54,599 bases of DNA from Thermoanaerobaculia bacterium (lineage in GTDB: Bacteria > Acidobacteriota > Thermoanaerobaculia > Gp7-AA8). The DNA is taken from the NCBI GenBank assembly GCA_051305935.1, contig JBPPMG010000486.1, positions 1 through 54,599 of the forward strand, read 5' to 3'. Below are positions 22,008 through 34,294 of the stretch, piece after piece; position 1 is the stretch's first letter, and each line of letters opens with the position of its first letter. Both the position numbers and the translations under genes were made by a program. The notes beneath the pieces are model-generated. The model made no database searches, was not told the DNA's origin, and saw only the letters and a program-made list of their open reading frames with translations.

Positions 22008-23120
22008 ATGGAATTCACCGTAGCGAAATCGGACCTGCAAAAGGAACTGCAGCTCTGCCAGGGGGTCGTCGAGAGGCGCTCCACGATCCCGATTCTTTCG
22101 AACGTTCTTCTGAAGGCGGGTAAAGACCGCATCGAACTCGCGGCCACCGATCTCGACGTCACGCTGCAGACCGCTTGCGGCGCCGCGGTGAAACAGCAGG
22201 GGATGGTCACGATCGACGCGCGGCGTTTCTTCGACATCGTTCGCTCGCTTCCCGAAGACGACGTGAAGATCAGCCTCGACGAGAACTATTCGGTGCAGGT
22301 CGAGTCGGGATCGGCGAAGTTCCGTCTGCCGGGCCTTCCCGCGGAGGACTATCCGACGCTTCCGAAAGTCGATCGATCGAAGGCGGTCGTCGTCGATCTC
22401 CAGGATCTGAAGACGATGGTCGAAAAGGTCGTCTTCGCGATCACGCACGAGGAGACGAGATTCCAGCTTAACGGCGCCCTGCTCAAAATCGCCGAAGGGA
22501 AGATGGAAATGGTCGCGACCGACGGGCATCGCATGGCCCTGGTCACGATGCCGGTCGGCGCGGGAGTCCAGGATCTGACGATCCTCATTCCGCGGAAAGC
22601 GCTCGCCGAGATTCTCCGCTTCGATGCGGGAGAGGACGGGTCGATGAAATTCGGCACGTCGGAGAATCACCTGTTCTTCGAGGCCGGTGACCGCTGCCTG
22701 ATGGCGCGGATGATGGACGTGAACTTCCCGAATTACATGGAAGTGATCGCGCGCGACAACGACCGCCGCGTGACCGTGACGCGCGAGCGTCTCCTGCAGA
22801 GCATCAAGCGCGTCTCTCTCGTCGCGAACGAGCGGACGCGGGCCGTGCGTTTCGATTTCGCGGCCGGCAAGCTCACCGTCTCGTCGACGAGCGCCGAGTT
22901 AGGCGACGCCCGGGAGACGGTTCCCATCGAGTACACGGGCGCGCCGTTCCACGTGGGACTCAACGCCAGCTACGTCGCCGACTTCCTTGCTGCCGTCGAC
23001 ACGGACGCCGTGGCGCTCGACCTGAAGGACGAGAACAGCCAGTGCATCGCGCGGCCGCTCGGCGGAGAAGATCTCGCCTACGAGTACGTCTACAGCGTGA
23101 TGCCGATGCGACTCGGCTGA
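22008..23120 (+). CDS. dnaN: DNA polymerase III beta clamp
   Basis: TIPILSNVLL, ATDL, VATDGHRM and C-terminal VMPMR. Confidence 0.98.
   Translation: MEFTVAKSDLQKELQLCQGVVERRSTIPILSNVLLKAGKDRIELAATDLDVTLQTACGAAVKQQGMVTIDARRFFDIVRSLPEDDVKISLDENYSVQVESGSAKFRLPGLPAEDYPTLPKVDRSKAVVVDLQDLKTMVEKVVFAITHEETRFQLNGALLKIAEGKMEMVATDGHRMALVTMPVGAGVQDLTILIPRKALAEILRFDAGEDGSMKFGTSENHLFFEAGDRCLMARMMDVNFPNYMEVIARDNDRRVTVTRERLLQSIKRVSLVANERTRAVRFDFAAGKLTVSSTSAELGDARETVPIEYTGAPFHVGLNASYVADFLAAVDTDAVALDLKDENSQCIARPLGGEDLAYEYVYSVMPMRLG
22945..22960. promoter_or_regulatory. Possible degenerate parS within dnaN
   Basis: CGTTCCACGTGGGACT; the 14-bp core has one mismatch to parS. Confidence 0.3.
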
Positions 23121-23127
23121 TACGCCG

Positions 23128-24255
23128 TTGATTCTCCGAGAGCTCGCGACGCGGAACTTCCGCAACCTCGAGCCGGCACGCCTCGAGCTCCACCCCGACG
23201 CGAACGTCTTCGTCGGGGCGAACGGCCAGGGGAAGACCAACGTTCTCGAGGCGATCTACTTTCTCTCGACGACGAAGTCCTTTCGCACTTCGCGCGTCGC
23301 GAACCTGTTTCGATTCGACGCCGAGCACCTGTTCGCCGAAGGCGTGGCCGAAGGAGACGGAATTAGAAAGACGCTCTCGATCGGGATCGAGGCTTCGTCG
23401 ACACGCAAGCGAGAGTTGCTGGTCAACGGGCAGAAATCGCCGCTCGACCAGTACGTCGCGCAGCTTCCGGTGATCGCATACTCCGCCGCGCGGCTCGAGA
23501 TCATCCGTGGCGCGCCCGACGAAAGACGCCGCTTTCTCGATCGCGGAATCGCGTCCTTGCGCCCCGGCTACCTCGCCGCGCTCTCCAAGTACCAGAGGGT
23601 CGTGGAGCAGCGAAACGCGCTGCTTCGGGCCGTCGCCGAGGGTGACGAGAGGGAGTCGTCGCTCGAGGCGTGGGACGCCGAGCTCGCATCGACCGGAGCC
23701 GTGATCGCCGCGGCGCGTGCCGAGTTCGCCGCGATGCTCTCGTCCGAGTTCGCGAAAGTCGTCGCGGAAATGCGATACCACGTCGACGATCTCGAGCTCC
23801 GCTACGAACCTTCCGGCGCGTTCCTGAGCGATCGCGCTTCCGTGCTCGCCGCGCTCGGGAAGCTCCGCGCGCGGGAGCTCGGCGCGGGGTTCACGATCCA
23901 GGGACCGCACCGTGACGATCTGGGATTCCGGATTCGCGGGAGAGCCGCCGCAGAGGTGCTTTCGAGCGGCGAAACGAAGATGACGGTGCTCTTTTTGAAA
24001 CTGGCTCGAGTGGAGCTCTACCGCGAGCGCGCGGGACGGAAACCGCTATTCATCTTCGACGACGTCGATGCGGAGTTGGATCTACCTGTAATTGAGCGAC
24101 TTATGGCGTTTCTCTGCCGAGGTGTCCAGCTCTTTGCCAGCTCGGCGAAAAACGAGGTGCTCTCGCGCCTGGATCTCGGAGAGCACGTCAGGATTCCGGT
24201 CGCTGCGGGACGCGCCGAACCTCCCCTGTCTTCGGGGCCGTCCAACAGGGATTAA
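23128..24255 (+). CDS. recF: DNA replication/repair protein RecF
   Basis: NFRNL, GANGQGKTN.LEAI, GPHRDDL, SSGE and DDV.AELD. TTG start. Confidence 0.95.
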   Translation: MILRELATRNFRNLEPARLELHPDANVFVGANGQGKTNVLEAIYFLSTTKSFRTSRVANLFRFDAEHLFAEGVAEGDGIRKTLSIGIEASSTRKRELLVNGQKSPLDQYVAQLPVIAYSAARLEIIRGAPDERRRFLDRGIASLRPGYLAALSKYQRVVEQRNALLRAVAEGDERESSLEAWDAELASTGAVIAAARAEFAAMLSSEFAKVVAEMRYHVDDLELRYEPSGAFLSDRASVLAALGKLRARELGAGFTIQGPHRDDLGFRIRGRAAAEVLSSGETKMTVLFLKLARVELYRERAGRKPLFIFDDVDAELDLPVIERLMAFLCRGVQLFASSAKNEVLSRLDLGEHVRIPVAAGRAEPPLSSGPSNRD

Positions 24256-24390
24256 AGCCTTTACGGGGAAGAATTTCCTGCCGCGCCGGGGTGTTCTTTT
24301 CGACGAGAAAATTGGTGGGATTCTTCTGTTGGATTTCGGAGGCTCGGCAGCCCCCGAATCCGTTCGCGTTTCTGCCGGAAAGTTTCCTGA

Positions 24391-26841
<2,451 letters not shown>

Positions 26842-26893
26842 CGCCGCGGGGCGAGACGCTCGCCCGCGCGACACGGATCGGATACCGCTGAGC

Positions 26894-29443
26894 ATGGCAG
26901 ACGAGACACAGACAGAGACGAAGAACCCGATCAACATCCAGGACGAGATGCGCAAGTCGTATCTCGACTACGCGATGTCGGTCATCATCGGCCGCGCGCT
27001 TCCCGACGTTCGCGACGGGCTCAAGCCGGTTCACCGCCGCATCCTCTACGGGATGTACGAGCAGGGAAACACCTCGACCAAGGCGTACAAGAAGTCGGCG
27101 CGCATCGTCGGCGACGTGATGGGCAAGTTTCACCCGCACGGCGACAGCGCGATCTACGACTCGGTCGTCCGCATGGCGCAGGACTTCTCGATGCGCTACC
27201 CGCTCGTCGACGGCCAGGGAAACTTCGGGTCGATCGACGGCGACAACGCGGCGGCGATGCGATACACCGAGGTCCGCCTGACGAAGCTCGCCGAGGAGAT
27301 GCTCCGCGACGACATCGACAAGGAAACCGTCGACTGGGTGCCTAACTACGACGGCTCCCTCTTCGAGCCGGCGGTCCTTCCCGCGAAGTATCCGAACCTG
27401 CTCGTCAACGGCTCGTCCGGAATCGCGGTCGGCATGTCGACGAACATCCCGCCTCACAACCTGGGCGAAGTCATCGACGCCTGCCTCATGGTGATCGACA
27501 ATCCGGGGGCAACCGTGCCCGAGCTGATGAAGGTGATCCCTGGCCCTGATTTCCCGACTGCCGGATTCATCCACGGGGTCGACGGCATCCTCGAGGCGTA
27601 CAAGACGGGGCGCGGCATCATCCAGATGCGCGCGCGCGCCGAGTTCGAGCCGATGGAGAAGGGCGACCGGCAGGCGATCATCGTCACCGAGATCCCCTAC
27701 ATGACGAACAAGGCGCGGCTCCTCGAGAAAATCGCCGAGCTCGTCAAGGACAAGCGGATCGAGGGGATCAGCGACCTTCGCGACGAGTCCGACCGCACCG
27801 GCATGCGGATCGTCATCGAGCTCAAGCGGGGAGAGATCCCCGAGGTCGTGCTCAACAACCTCTACAAGAACACGGCGATGCAGTCGACGTTCGGAATCAT
27901 CTTCCTCGCCATCGTCGACAACCAGCCGAAGGTGCTCGCTCTCCCCGAGATGCTCCGGCACTTCCTCGATCACCGCAAGGAGATCGTCGTCCGGCGCACG
28001 CGCTACGACCTCGACAAGGCGAAGGCGCGGGCCCACATCCTCGAAGGCCTCGTCAAGGCGCTCGACCATCTCGACGAGGTGATCGCGCTGATCCGCGGGA
28101 GCAAGACTCCCGAAGACGCGCGAAACGGCCTCGTCGCCGAGCTCGGCTTCTCGGCCCTTCAGGCGCAGGCGATCCTCGACATGAGGTTGCAGCGCCTAAC
28201 AGGGCTGGAGCGCGACAAGATCGTCCAGGAGTACCAGGAGATCCTCGCGCTCATCGCGCGCCTCGAGGCGATTCTCGCCTCAGAGAAGCTCGTGCTCGAG
28301 ATCATCTCGGACGAGCTGCGCGGCATCAAGGAAGCCTACGGCGACAAACGCCGCACCGAGATCATCGCCGAGGCGAGCGACATCTCGATCGAGGACATGA
28401 TCCGCGACGAGGACATGGTCATTACCGTGTCCCGCGGCGGCTACATCAAGCGCTCTCCGCTCGCTCTCTACCGCGCTCAGGGCCGCGGCGGCAAGGGCCG
28501 TCTCGGCATGGGAACGAAGGAAGAGGACGTCGTCGAGCATCTGTTCGTCGCCTCGGCGCATTCCTACATCCTCGTCTTCACCGACCAGGGGAGACTCTAC
28601 TGGCTGAAGGTGCACCGCGTGCCGGAAGTCGGCGCGGCCGCCCGCGGCAAGGCGATCGTCAACCTGCTCGAACTGCAGAAGGACGAACAGATGCGCGCGC
28701 TGCTCTCGGCGAAGGACTTCACCGAAGGCAAGTACGTCGTCTTCGTGACGCGCAAAGGCAGAGTCAAGAAAACGGATCTCAAGGCGTTCTCGAACCCGCG
28801 CGCTAACGGCATCATCGCGATCGACATCAACGAAGGCGACGACCTTCACAGCGTCGAGCTCTCGGACGGCGACTCGCAGATCTTCATCGGAACGCACGAA
28901 GGGATGGCGATCCGTTTCCCCGAGGATGACGTGCGCGAGATGGGGCGTGGCGCAGCCGGCGTGAAGGGAATCACCCTCGCGGACGGCGATCACGTCGTCG
29001 ACATGGCCGTGCTGCGTAGCGACGCGGCAGGGGAGATCCTGACGATCACGACGGGCGGTTTCGGCAAGCGCACCGAGCGCGATGCCTACCGCCTTCAGGG
29101 ACGCGGCGGCAAGGGAGTGACGAACATCCGTACGACCGAGAAGAACGGCAAGGTCGTGGGGCTCTCGTACGTGACCGAAGATGACCAGATCCTTCTCATC
29201 ACCGAGCAGGGAAAGATGATCCGCACGAGCTGCAGCTCGATTCGCTCGGTCGGACGCGCGACGCAGGGCGTCCGTGTCATCAACCTGGACGGCGGCGATG
29301 TCGTCGTCGCGGCAGTGAAGGTGGTCGAGAAGGAAGAGGATGCGCTCGTAGACGAGACGCTCGCGGGCGAGATTGTCGATGGCGACGAGACGCCGGAGAT
29401 GGCGGATCCCGCCGGCCCCGGTGACGACGAGCCGGTGAACTGA
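26894..29443 (+). CDS. gyrA: DNA gyrase subunit A
   Basis: [17 protein letters not shown], GyrA-box QGRGGKG and an acidic tail. Confidence 0.99.
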   Translation: MADETQTETKNPINIQDEMRKSYLDYAMSVIIGRALPDVRDGLKPVHRRILYGMYEQGNTSTKAYKKSARIVGDVMGKFHPHGDSAIYDSVVRMAQDFSMRYPLVDGQGNFGSIDGDNAAAMRYTEVRLTKLAEEMLRDDIDKETVDWVPNYDGSLFEPAVLPAKYPNLLVNGSSGIAVGMSTNIPPHNLGEVIDACLMVIDNPGATVPELMKVIPGPDFPTAGFIHGVDGILEAYKTGRGIIQMRARAEFEPMEKGDRQAIIVTEIPYMTNKARLLEKIAELVKDKRIEGISDLRDESDRTGMRIVIELKRGEIPEVVLNNLYKNTAMQSTFGIIFLAIVDNQPKVLALPEMLRHFLDHRKEIVVRRTRYDLDKAKARAHILEGLVKALDHLDEVIALIRGSKTPEDARNGLVAELGFSALQAQAILDMRLQRLTGLERDKIVQEYQEILALIARLEAILASEKLVLEIISDELRGIKEAYGDKRRTEIIAEASDISIEDMIRDEDMVITVSRGGYIKRSPLALYRAQGRGGKGRLGMGTKEEDVVEHLFVASAHSYILVFTDQGRLYWLKVHRVPEVGAAARGKAIVNLLELQKDEQMRALLSAKDFTEGKYVVFVTRKGRVKKTDLKAFSNPRANGIIAIDINEGDDLHSVELSDGDSQIFIGTHEGMAIRFPEDDVREMGRGAAGVKGITLADGDHVVDMAVLRSDAAGEILTITTGGFGKRTERDAYRLQGRGGKGVTNIRTTEKNGKVVGLSYVTEDDQILLITEQGKMIRTSCSSIRSVGRATQGVRVINLDGGDVVVAAVKVVEKEEDALVDETLAGEIVDGDETPEMADPAGPGDDEPVN

Positions 29444-29452
29444 CGCGGAGCG

Positions 29453-29644
29453 ATGTGGCGCAGGCACTCCTGCCTGCGCGTCGCCGAAGGCGACCTTGTA
29501 TCGGCACATTCCGATGTGCCGCGGTTCCCGTTCGCTCATCGTACGCACAGCGGCCCGCTTCGCGGGTGCCGGACATCGGAATGTCCGGCTACAAAGAAGG
29601 CGGCGCTCCCGCGCCGCGCGCAGGCAGGAGTGCCTGTGCCACAT
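29453..29644. repeat. REPIN-like element, copy 1 (inverted GTGG-tagged REP pair) with a nested GTAG-type pair
   Basis: 28-bp arms ATGTGGCGCAGGCACTCCTGCCTGCGCG / CGCGCAGGCAGGAGTGCCTGTGCCACAT with 1 mismatch. Inner pair at 29498-29521 and 29569-29592. Confidence 0.85.
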
Positions 29645-29735
29645 AGGCACTTAGTCTTCCGGCACCGGCACCTTCCCATCACTCCCATTTCCCTGGGCGC
29701 GGTGTAGAATGCGCCGCAGTTTTTTCGGAGGAAAC

Positions 29736-30962
29736 ATGCGCGAGCTGCTCAGCAAACAGAATCTCGACTACATGGATCGGGCCCGCGAAGTCGCGGAGAA
29801 GTTCGTCCGCCCGCGTGCGGCCGAGCTCGACCGCACCGGCGAGTACGGCTGGGACATCCTCGAGGCGCTCAAAAAGTACGAGCTCACCGGAATCTGGATC
29901 CCGAAGCAGTACGGCGGGCAGGGTGCAGGCGTGCTCGATCTCTGCCTGGTCGTCGAGCAGCTCGCCCGCGCCTGCGGCGGAGTCGGAGTTGCCTACGCCG
30001 TCAACGCCCTCGGGTCGTTCCCGATCATGCTCAACGCCACGGAGGCGCAGAAGGTCAAGTACCTTCCGTCGATCGCGAGCGGCGAGAAGCTGATCGCCTT
30101 CGCCCTGTCGGAGAAGGCCTCGGGCTCGGACGCGGGAAGCCTGCGCGCGACCGCGATCAAGGACGGCGGCGACTACGTCATCAACGGCGACAAGAAGTGG
30201 AACACGAACGGCGGCGAGGCGACGATCTACTCCGTCTACACGCTGACCGATCCGTCGCGCGGAATGCGCGGCATCTCCGGCTTCATTGTCGAGCGTGATA
30301 CGCCAGGGTTCAAGCTCGGCAAGCGCGAGGACACGATGGGCATCCGCACCGTGTCGGTTCACGAGCTGCACTTCAACGACTGTCGTGTGCCGGCCTCACA
30401 GCTTCTCGGCGGGAAGGAAGGCGACGGCTTCAAGAACGCGATGATGACGCTCGACCGCGCGCGTCCCGGCGTCGCGGCGCAGGCACTCGGCCTCGCGCAG
30501 GGCGCGCTCGAATGGGCGCTGTATTACACCTCCGAGCGCAGGCAGTTCGGCCAGTCGGTCATGTCGCACCAGGCGATCCAGTTCATGCTCGCCGACATGG
30601 CGACGCAGGTCGAAGCGGCGCGCCAGCTCGTCTACACCGCGGCAAAGGTGATCGACTCCGGAGCAAAGAACGTCAACAAGATCGCGGCGATGGCGAAGGT
30701 CTTCGCCACCGACACCGCGATGAAAGTCACGACCGACGCGGTGCAGCTCTTCGGCGGTTACGGCTACTGCAGGGACTACCCGATCGAGAAGTACATGCGC
30801 GACGCGAAGATCACGCAGATCTACGAAGGGACGAACCAGGTGCAGCGCCTCGTGATCGGTCGCTCCCTCACGCGCGAGCTCAAGGAGTACACCGGCCATC
30901 TCGACTGCGTCGTCGAGCGTTTCCCGGAGAGCGCAGACGTGCCGGTTACGGTCGGAGAGTAG
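29736..30962 (+). CDS. Acyl-CoA dehydrogenase
   Basis: FALSE..SGSDA, ING.K.W.TNG, R.QFG, QLFGGYGY..DYPIE and IYEGTNQVQR. GGAGG SD before ATG 29736. Confidence 0.95.
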   Translation: MRELLSKQNLDYMDRAREVAEKFVRPRAAELDRTGEYGWDILEALKKYELTGIWIPKQYGGQGAGVLDLCLVVEQLARACGGVGVAYAVNALGSFPIMLNATEAQKVKYLPSIASGEKLIAFALSEKASGSDAGSLRATAIKDGGDYVINGDKKWNTNGGEATIYSVYTLTDPSRGMRGISGFIVERDTPGFKLGKREDTMGIRTVSVHELHFNDCRVPASQLLGGKEGDGFKNAMMTLDRARPGVAAQALGLAQGALEWALYYTSERRQFGQSVMSHQAIQFMLADMATQVEAARQLVYTAAKVIDSGAKNVNKIAAMAKVFATDTAMKVTTDAVQLFGGYGYCRDYPIEKYMRDAKITQIYEGTNQVQRLVIGRSLTRELKEYTGHLDCVVERFPESADVPVTVGE

Positions 30963-30990
30963 GAAGCTCGCAAGCCGGGTGGCGCGGGAC

Positions 30991-31230
30991 TCAGCGCCCG
31001 CGCCGCCAGTGCCGCGCCTTCACCCACTCGAAGATCCCGCTGACGGCGCCCGCAGGAATCCAACTGTCGCCGCCGCACTTCGGGCATCGATTCCTGAAGG
31101 GCGGGTTCTTCCCGCAGTCGGGACAGACGATCATCAGCTCGATCGAGAGAGCGGGCGACTTCGCGCGCGCTTCGGCAAACTCGTCGAAGAGCGCGTCGAG
31201 CTGCGCGATCGCGTCCGAGAGACTCGCCAC
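30991..31230 (-). CDS. Small zinc-ribbon protein (79 aa), function unknown
   Basis: CPDC-x9-CPKC motif after an amphipathic helix. GTG start 17 nt downstream of the rng stop. Confidence 0.6.
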   Translation of the reverse strand: MASLSDAIAQLDALFDEFAEARAKSPALSIELMIVCPDCGKNPPFRNRCPKCGGDSWIPAGAVSGIFEWVKARHWRRGR

Positions 31231-31247
31231 CGCGGCGCCCTTTCCGC

Positions 31248-32741
31248 TCAGACCCGCACCACGTCGAATTGCTCGTGGTGGAGGTTCTCGTCGGGCTTGA
31301 GCACGAGGTGGACGCGCAGCGAGCGCTCGACGTCGGCGAGAATCCCGTGCTCGTCGCTCCGAACCGCCGCGTAAATGTCTGGATTCACGCGGACGATCAC
31401 TTCCTGCTCTTCCTCGAGGTCGCGCAGCTTCATCAGCTCGCGCCAGAGCTCCATCATCACCGTCGTGTTGGACTTCACCCGTCCCGAGCCGCCGCAGTAC
31501 GGGCACGGCTGCGTCAGCGAGCGCTCCAGACTCTGACGCACGCGCTTGCGCGTCATCTCGATGAGACCGAACTCCGAGATCTGCAGGATCTTCGTTTTCG
31601 AGCGATCCCTCCGGATCTCATTCTGCAGCGCCTCGAAGACCTGGTGCCGGTTGTCGAGATCCTCCATGTCGATGAAATCGCAGACGATGATCCCACCGAG
31701 GTCGCGAAGGCGGATCTGCCGGACGATCTCGCGCGTCGCCTCGAGGTTCGTCCGGAAAACGGTCTCCTCGAGGTTCTTCTTGCCGACGTACTTGCCGGTG
31801 TTCACGTCGATCGCGACGAGCGCCTCGGTCTGGTTGATGACGATGTATCCGCCGGAGCGGAGCCAGACTTTCGACTTCAGGGCCCGCTCGATCTCCGGCT
31901 CGATCCCGAACTCGTCGAAGATCGGTTCCTCGCGCCGGTAGAGCCGCACGCGCGGGACGAGGGCCGGCTGGATCTTGTCGAGAAACTCGACGATCCGCTG
32001 ATACTGCTCCACCGAGTCGACCCAGACCGTCTTGAAGTCGGGCGAGAGGACGTCGCGGATCGTGCGCAGGACGAGATCGAGGTCGTGATGGAGCGCGGTG
32101 GGCGAGGAGGCCTTCTCGGCGCGCCGCTTGTTCTCCTCCCAGAGCGCAGTGAGGTACTTCTGGTCGGCGCGGAACTCCTCTTCGTTCTTTCCCTCGCCGG
32201 CGGTGCGCACGATGAAGCCGCCCGGGCCGATGCGAATCTGCTCCAGGATCTCCTTCAGTCGCGCGCGCTCGGCCTCGTCCTCGATCCGGCGCGACACGCC
32301 GATGTGGCTGACCGTCGGCATGTAGACGAGGAAGCGGCCCGGAAGGGTGATGTGCGTGGTGATGCGCGCACCCTTGCCAGCGATCGAATCCTTCGAGACC
32401 TGGACCACGATTTCCTGCCCCTCGCGGAGCAAATCGGCGATCGAGGCCTCGGGGCGGGGAGATTGATCCTCGAAATGGATCTCGTCGGTGTGCTCGGCCT
32501 CGTACTCCTCGAACTCCTCGACGACGTCGGACACGTAGAGAAAGGCGTCGCGCTCGAGACCTATGTCGACGAACGCCGACTGCATGCCGGGAAGCACCTT
32601 CGTGACGCGCCCCTTGTAGATGTTGCCGACGACGGTGCGCTGTTTCTGGCGCTCGACCCACAGCTCGACGACCAGCCCTTCGTCGAGGACCGCGATCCTC
32701 GACTCGTGGTTCGTCGCGTTGATGACCAGTTCCTGAGACAT
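31248..32741 (-). CDS. rng: Ribonuclease G/E family endoribonuclease
   Basis: GNIYKGRV..VLPGMQSAFVDIG, IDVNTG, RLRDLGGIIV.DFIDM and CPYCGG.G. 497 aa, lacking a long C-terminal scaffold. Confidence 0.95.
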   Translation of the reverse strand: MSQELVINATNHESRIAVLDEGLVVELWVERQKQRTVVGNIYKGRVTKVLPGMQSAFVDIGLERDAFLYVSDVVEEFEEYEAEHTDEIHFEDQSPRPEASIADLLREGQEIVVQVSKDSIAGKGARITTHITLPGRFLVYMPTVSHIGVSRRIEDEAERARLKEILEQIRIGPGGFIVRTAGEGKNEEEFRADQKYLTALWEENKRRAEKASSPTALHHDLDLVLRTIRDVLSPDFKTVWVDSVEQYQRIVEFLDKIQPALVPRVRLYRREEPIFDEFGIEPEIERALKSKVWLRSGGYIVINQTEALVAIDVNTGKYVGKKNLEETVFRTNLEATREIVRQIRLRDLGGIIVCDFIDMEDLDNRHQVFEALQNEIRRDRSKTKILQISEFGLIEMTRKRVRQSLERSLTQPCPYCGGSGRVKSNTTVMMELWRELMKLRDLEEEQEVIVRVNPDIYAAVRSDEHGILADVERSLRVHLVLKPDENLHHEQFDVVRV

Positions 32742-32752
32742 GGGGTGATTCT

Positions 32753-32897
32753 AATTGAGAATTGGGATTTGAGAATTGAGAGACGGGAAGACCGCGGGTC
32801 ATCGCGACAGGCGCCTCGCGATCGGACCCAGGGCGCTAGATCCATGGATAACAGAGCCAATTACCATCTCTCAATTCTCGCTTCCCAATTCTCAATT
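32753..32897. repeat. Inverted pair of (AATTGAG)4 heptamer arrays
   Basis: Arms 32753-32783 and 32867-32897 pair at 28 of 31 positions. Confidence 0.8.
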
Positions 32898-32958
32898 CCG
32901 CTCCCCGGCCAGACTTCACCCGCTGGAACAATCCACCCCGGCGTGCGGTTCTGGCGCC

Positions 32959-32988
32959 TTGACTCGGCGGGGGGCGCTCTGTTACGTT
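32959..32988 (+). promoter_or_regulatory. Sigma70-type promoter of tRNA-Asn
   Basis: TTGACT-N18-TACGTT with a TG extension, followed by a GC-rich discriminator. Confidence 0.6.
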
Positions 32989-33006
32989 CCGCGGCCGCCG
33001 AAGTGT

Positions 33007-33082
33007 TCCGGCATAGCTCAGTTGGTAGAGCAACGGACTGTTAATCCGTGGGTCGTAGGTTCGAGTCCTACTGCCGGAGCCA
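33007..33082 (+). tRNA. tRNA-Asn (GTT)
   Basis: 76-nt cloverleaf: TAGCTCAGTTGGTAGAGC D-arm, ACGGA-CTGTTAA-TCCGT anticodon arm, GGTTCGAGTCC T-arm and encoded CCA. Confidence 0.98.
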
Positions 33083-33086
33083 TCAC

Positions 33087-33121
33087 GAAGCCCTGTCCAT
33101 CCGGCAGGGCTTCTCCATTTT
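33087..33121 (+). terminator. Terminator after tRNA-Asn
   Basis: GAAGCCCTG/CAGGGCTTC stem followed by TCCATTTT. Confidence 0.65.
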
Positions 33122-33219
33122 CGGGGAAGGCCCGCGAGGGGCCGCGACCGCGATTCTCGAACTCTGCTATTCCGTTCTCGCAGGATTTGGCTACAATCTC
33201 CCAAACGGAGGCAACGACA

Positions 33220-34182
33220 ATTTCGAAGAGTGAGGGTGGTCGCGCGCTCGGTGGGACCGTTCGGTTCGACGTGTGGGGATGCCGAGGCTCGAAGAGCTTC
33301 ATTCCTGCGCGCTCGCGAATCGGGAACTACACCTCGTGCTATTCGCTACAGGATGGCAGCGACCTGTACGTCTTCGACGCCGGTCTCGGCATCGCTTCGC
33401 TTTCTTACGAGATCCATCGCCAACGCCGCTTCGGCGTGGTCAAGCGCATCTTCGTTCTGATCACGCACGCGCACCTCGATCATTGGGAAGGGCTGAAGGA
33501 CGCCGACTGGTTCTGGGAGCGCGACAACGGCCTCGAGATCCGGATCATCGGTCTCGACGAGGCCGTCAACGCGATCAAGCGTGGCTACGAGCACCCGTCG
33601 TTCGTCGACCTCGACCTGCTGGCGCGCTTCACCGTCGCAAAGCTCGAGTTCATCAGCTTCTCGTTCGGTGACGTCCTCGAGCTCGGCAACTGGAAGCTCG
33701 AGAGCGTTCCCCTGAACCACTACAGCGGAACGCCGGAGGACAAGAGCGTCGTGCAGACGAGCGGCTACCGGCTGAGCCGTGAAGGCGGCCCGGTGGTTTG
33801 CTACATCTCCGACCACGAGCCGGGACCTGGCACGGTCGATGCCGAGAAGAAGTTGACCGAGGGCGGAAATCTCGTTCTGTACGACTCGCATTTCCCGACG
33901 ATCGCCGAGCAGCGCTTCGGTCACGGCTCGCAGGAGCATTCGGCCAACGTCGCAAAGGGCGATCCGAACCTTCTCGTCGTCGCCGGCCATCACGGTCCGA
34001 TGTACTCGGACGTCGACGTCGAGAAGACATTCCGCCGTCTCGCGAAAGGGCTCGACAACTTCGCCATCGCGGTCGAAGGGCGAGGCTTTCTCTGGGACGG
34101 GACGGCAAAGAAGTTTCTGGTGGAAGAGACGCGCGAGCCGCATCCCGAGATCACGAAGTCTGGCCTTCCCGCGAAGGGCTGA
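33220..34182 (+). CDS. MBL-fold metallo-hydrolase (WG.RGS-type subfamily); start uncertain, probably ATT at 33220
   Basis: VWGCRGS, GNYTSC, DAG.GI, THAHLDH (HxHxDH), GHGS and HH.P motifs. The ORF-track extension runs through the tRNA and is not real. Confidence 0.85.
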   Translation: MSKSEGGRALGGTVRFDVWGCRGSKSFIPARSRIGNYTSCYSLQDGSDLYVFDAGLGIASLSYEIHRQRRFGVVKRIFVLITHAHLDHWEGLKDADWFWERDNGLEIRIIGLDEAVNAIKRGYEHPSFVDLDLLARFTVAKLEFISFSFGDVLELGNWKLESVPLNHYSGTPEDKSVVQTSGYRLSREGGPVVCYISDHEPGPGTVDAEKKLTEGGNLVLYDSHFPTIAEQRFGHGSQEHSANVAKGDPNLLVVAGHHGPMYSDVDVEKTFRRLAKGLDNFAIAVEGRGFLWDGTAKKFLVEETREPHPEITKSGLPAKG

Positions 34183-34294
34183 GCGCTCGAGCAGTTGGCC
34201 AAATCGTGAGCCGGGTCACACACCCGTATCGACTTTCCTCCCACAATCCGGATTCGCGTTAGAATTCCGAAGAAACCATCAACGGAGGATCCCA

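Noticed and set aside
32776-33219. N-terminal extension of the MBL ORF in the ORF track
   Set aside because: It runs through the heptamer repeats, the tRNA promoter, tRNA-Asn and its terminator.
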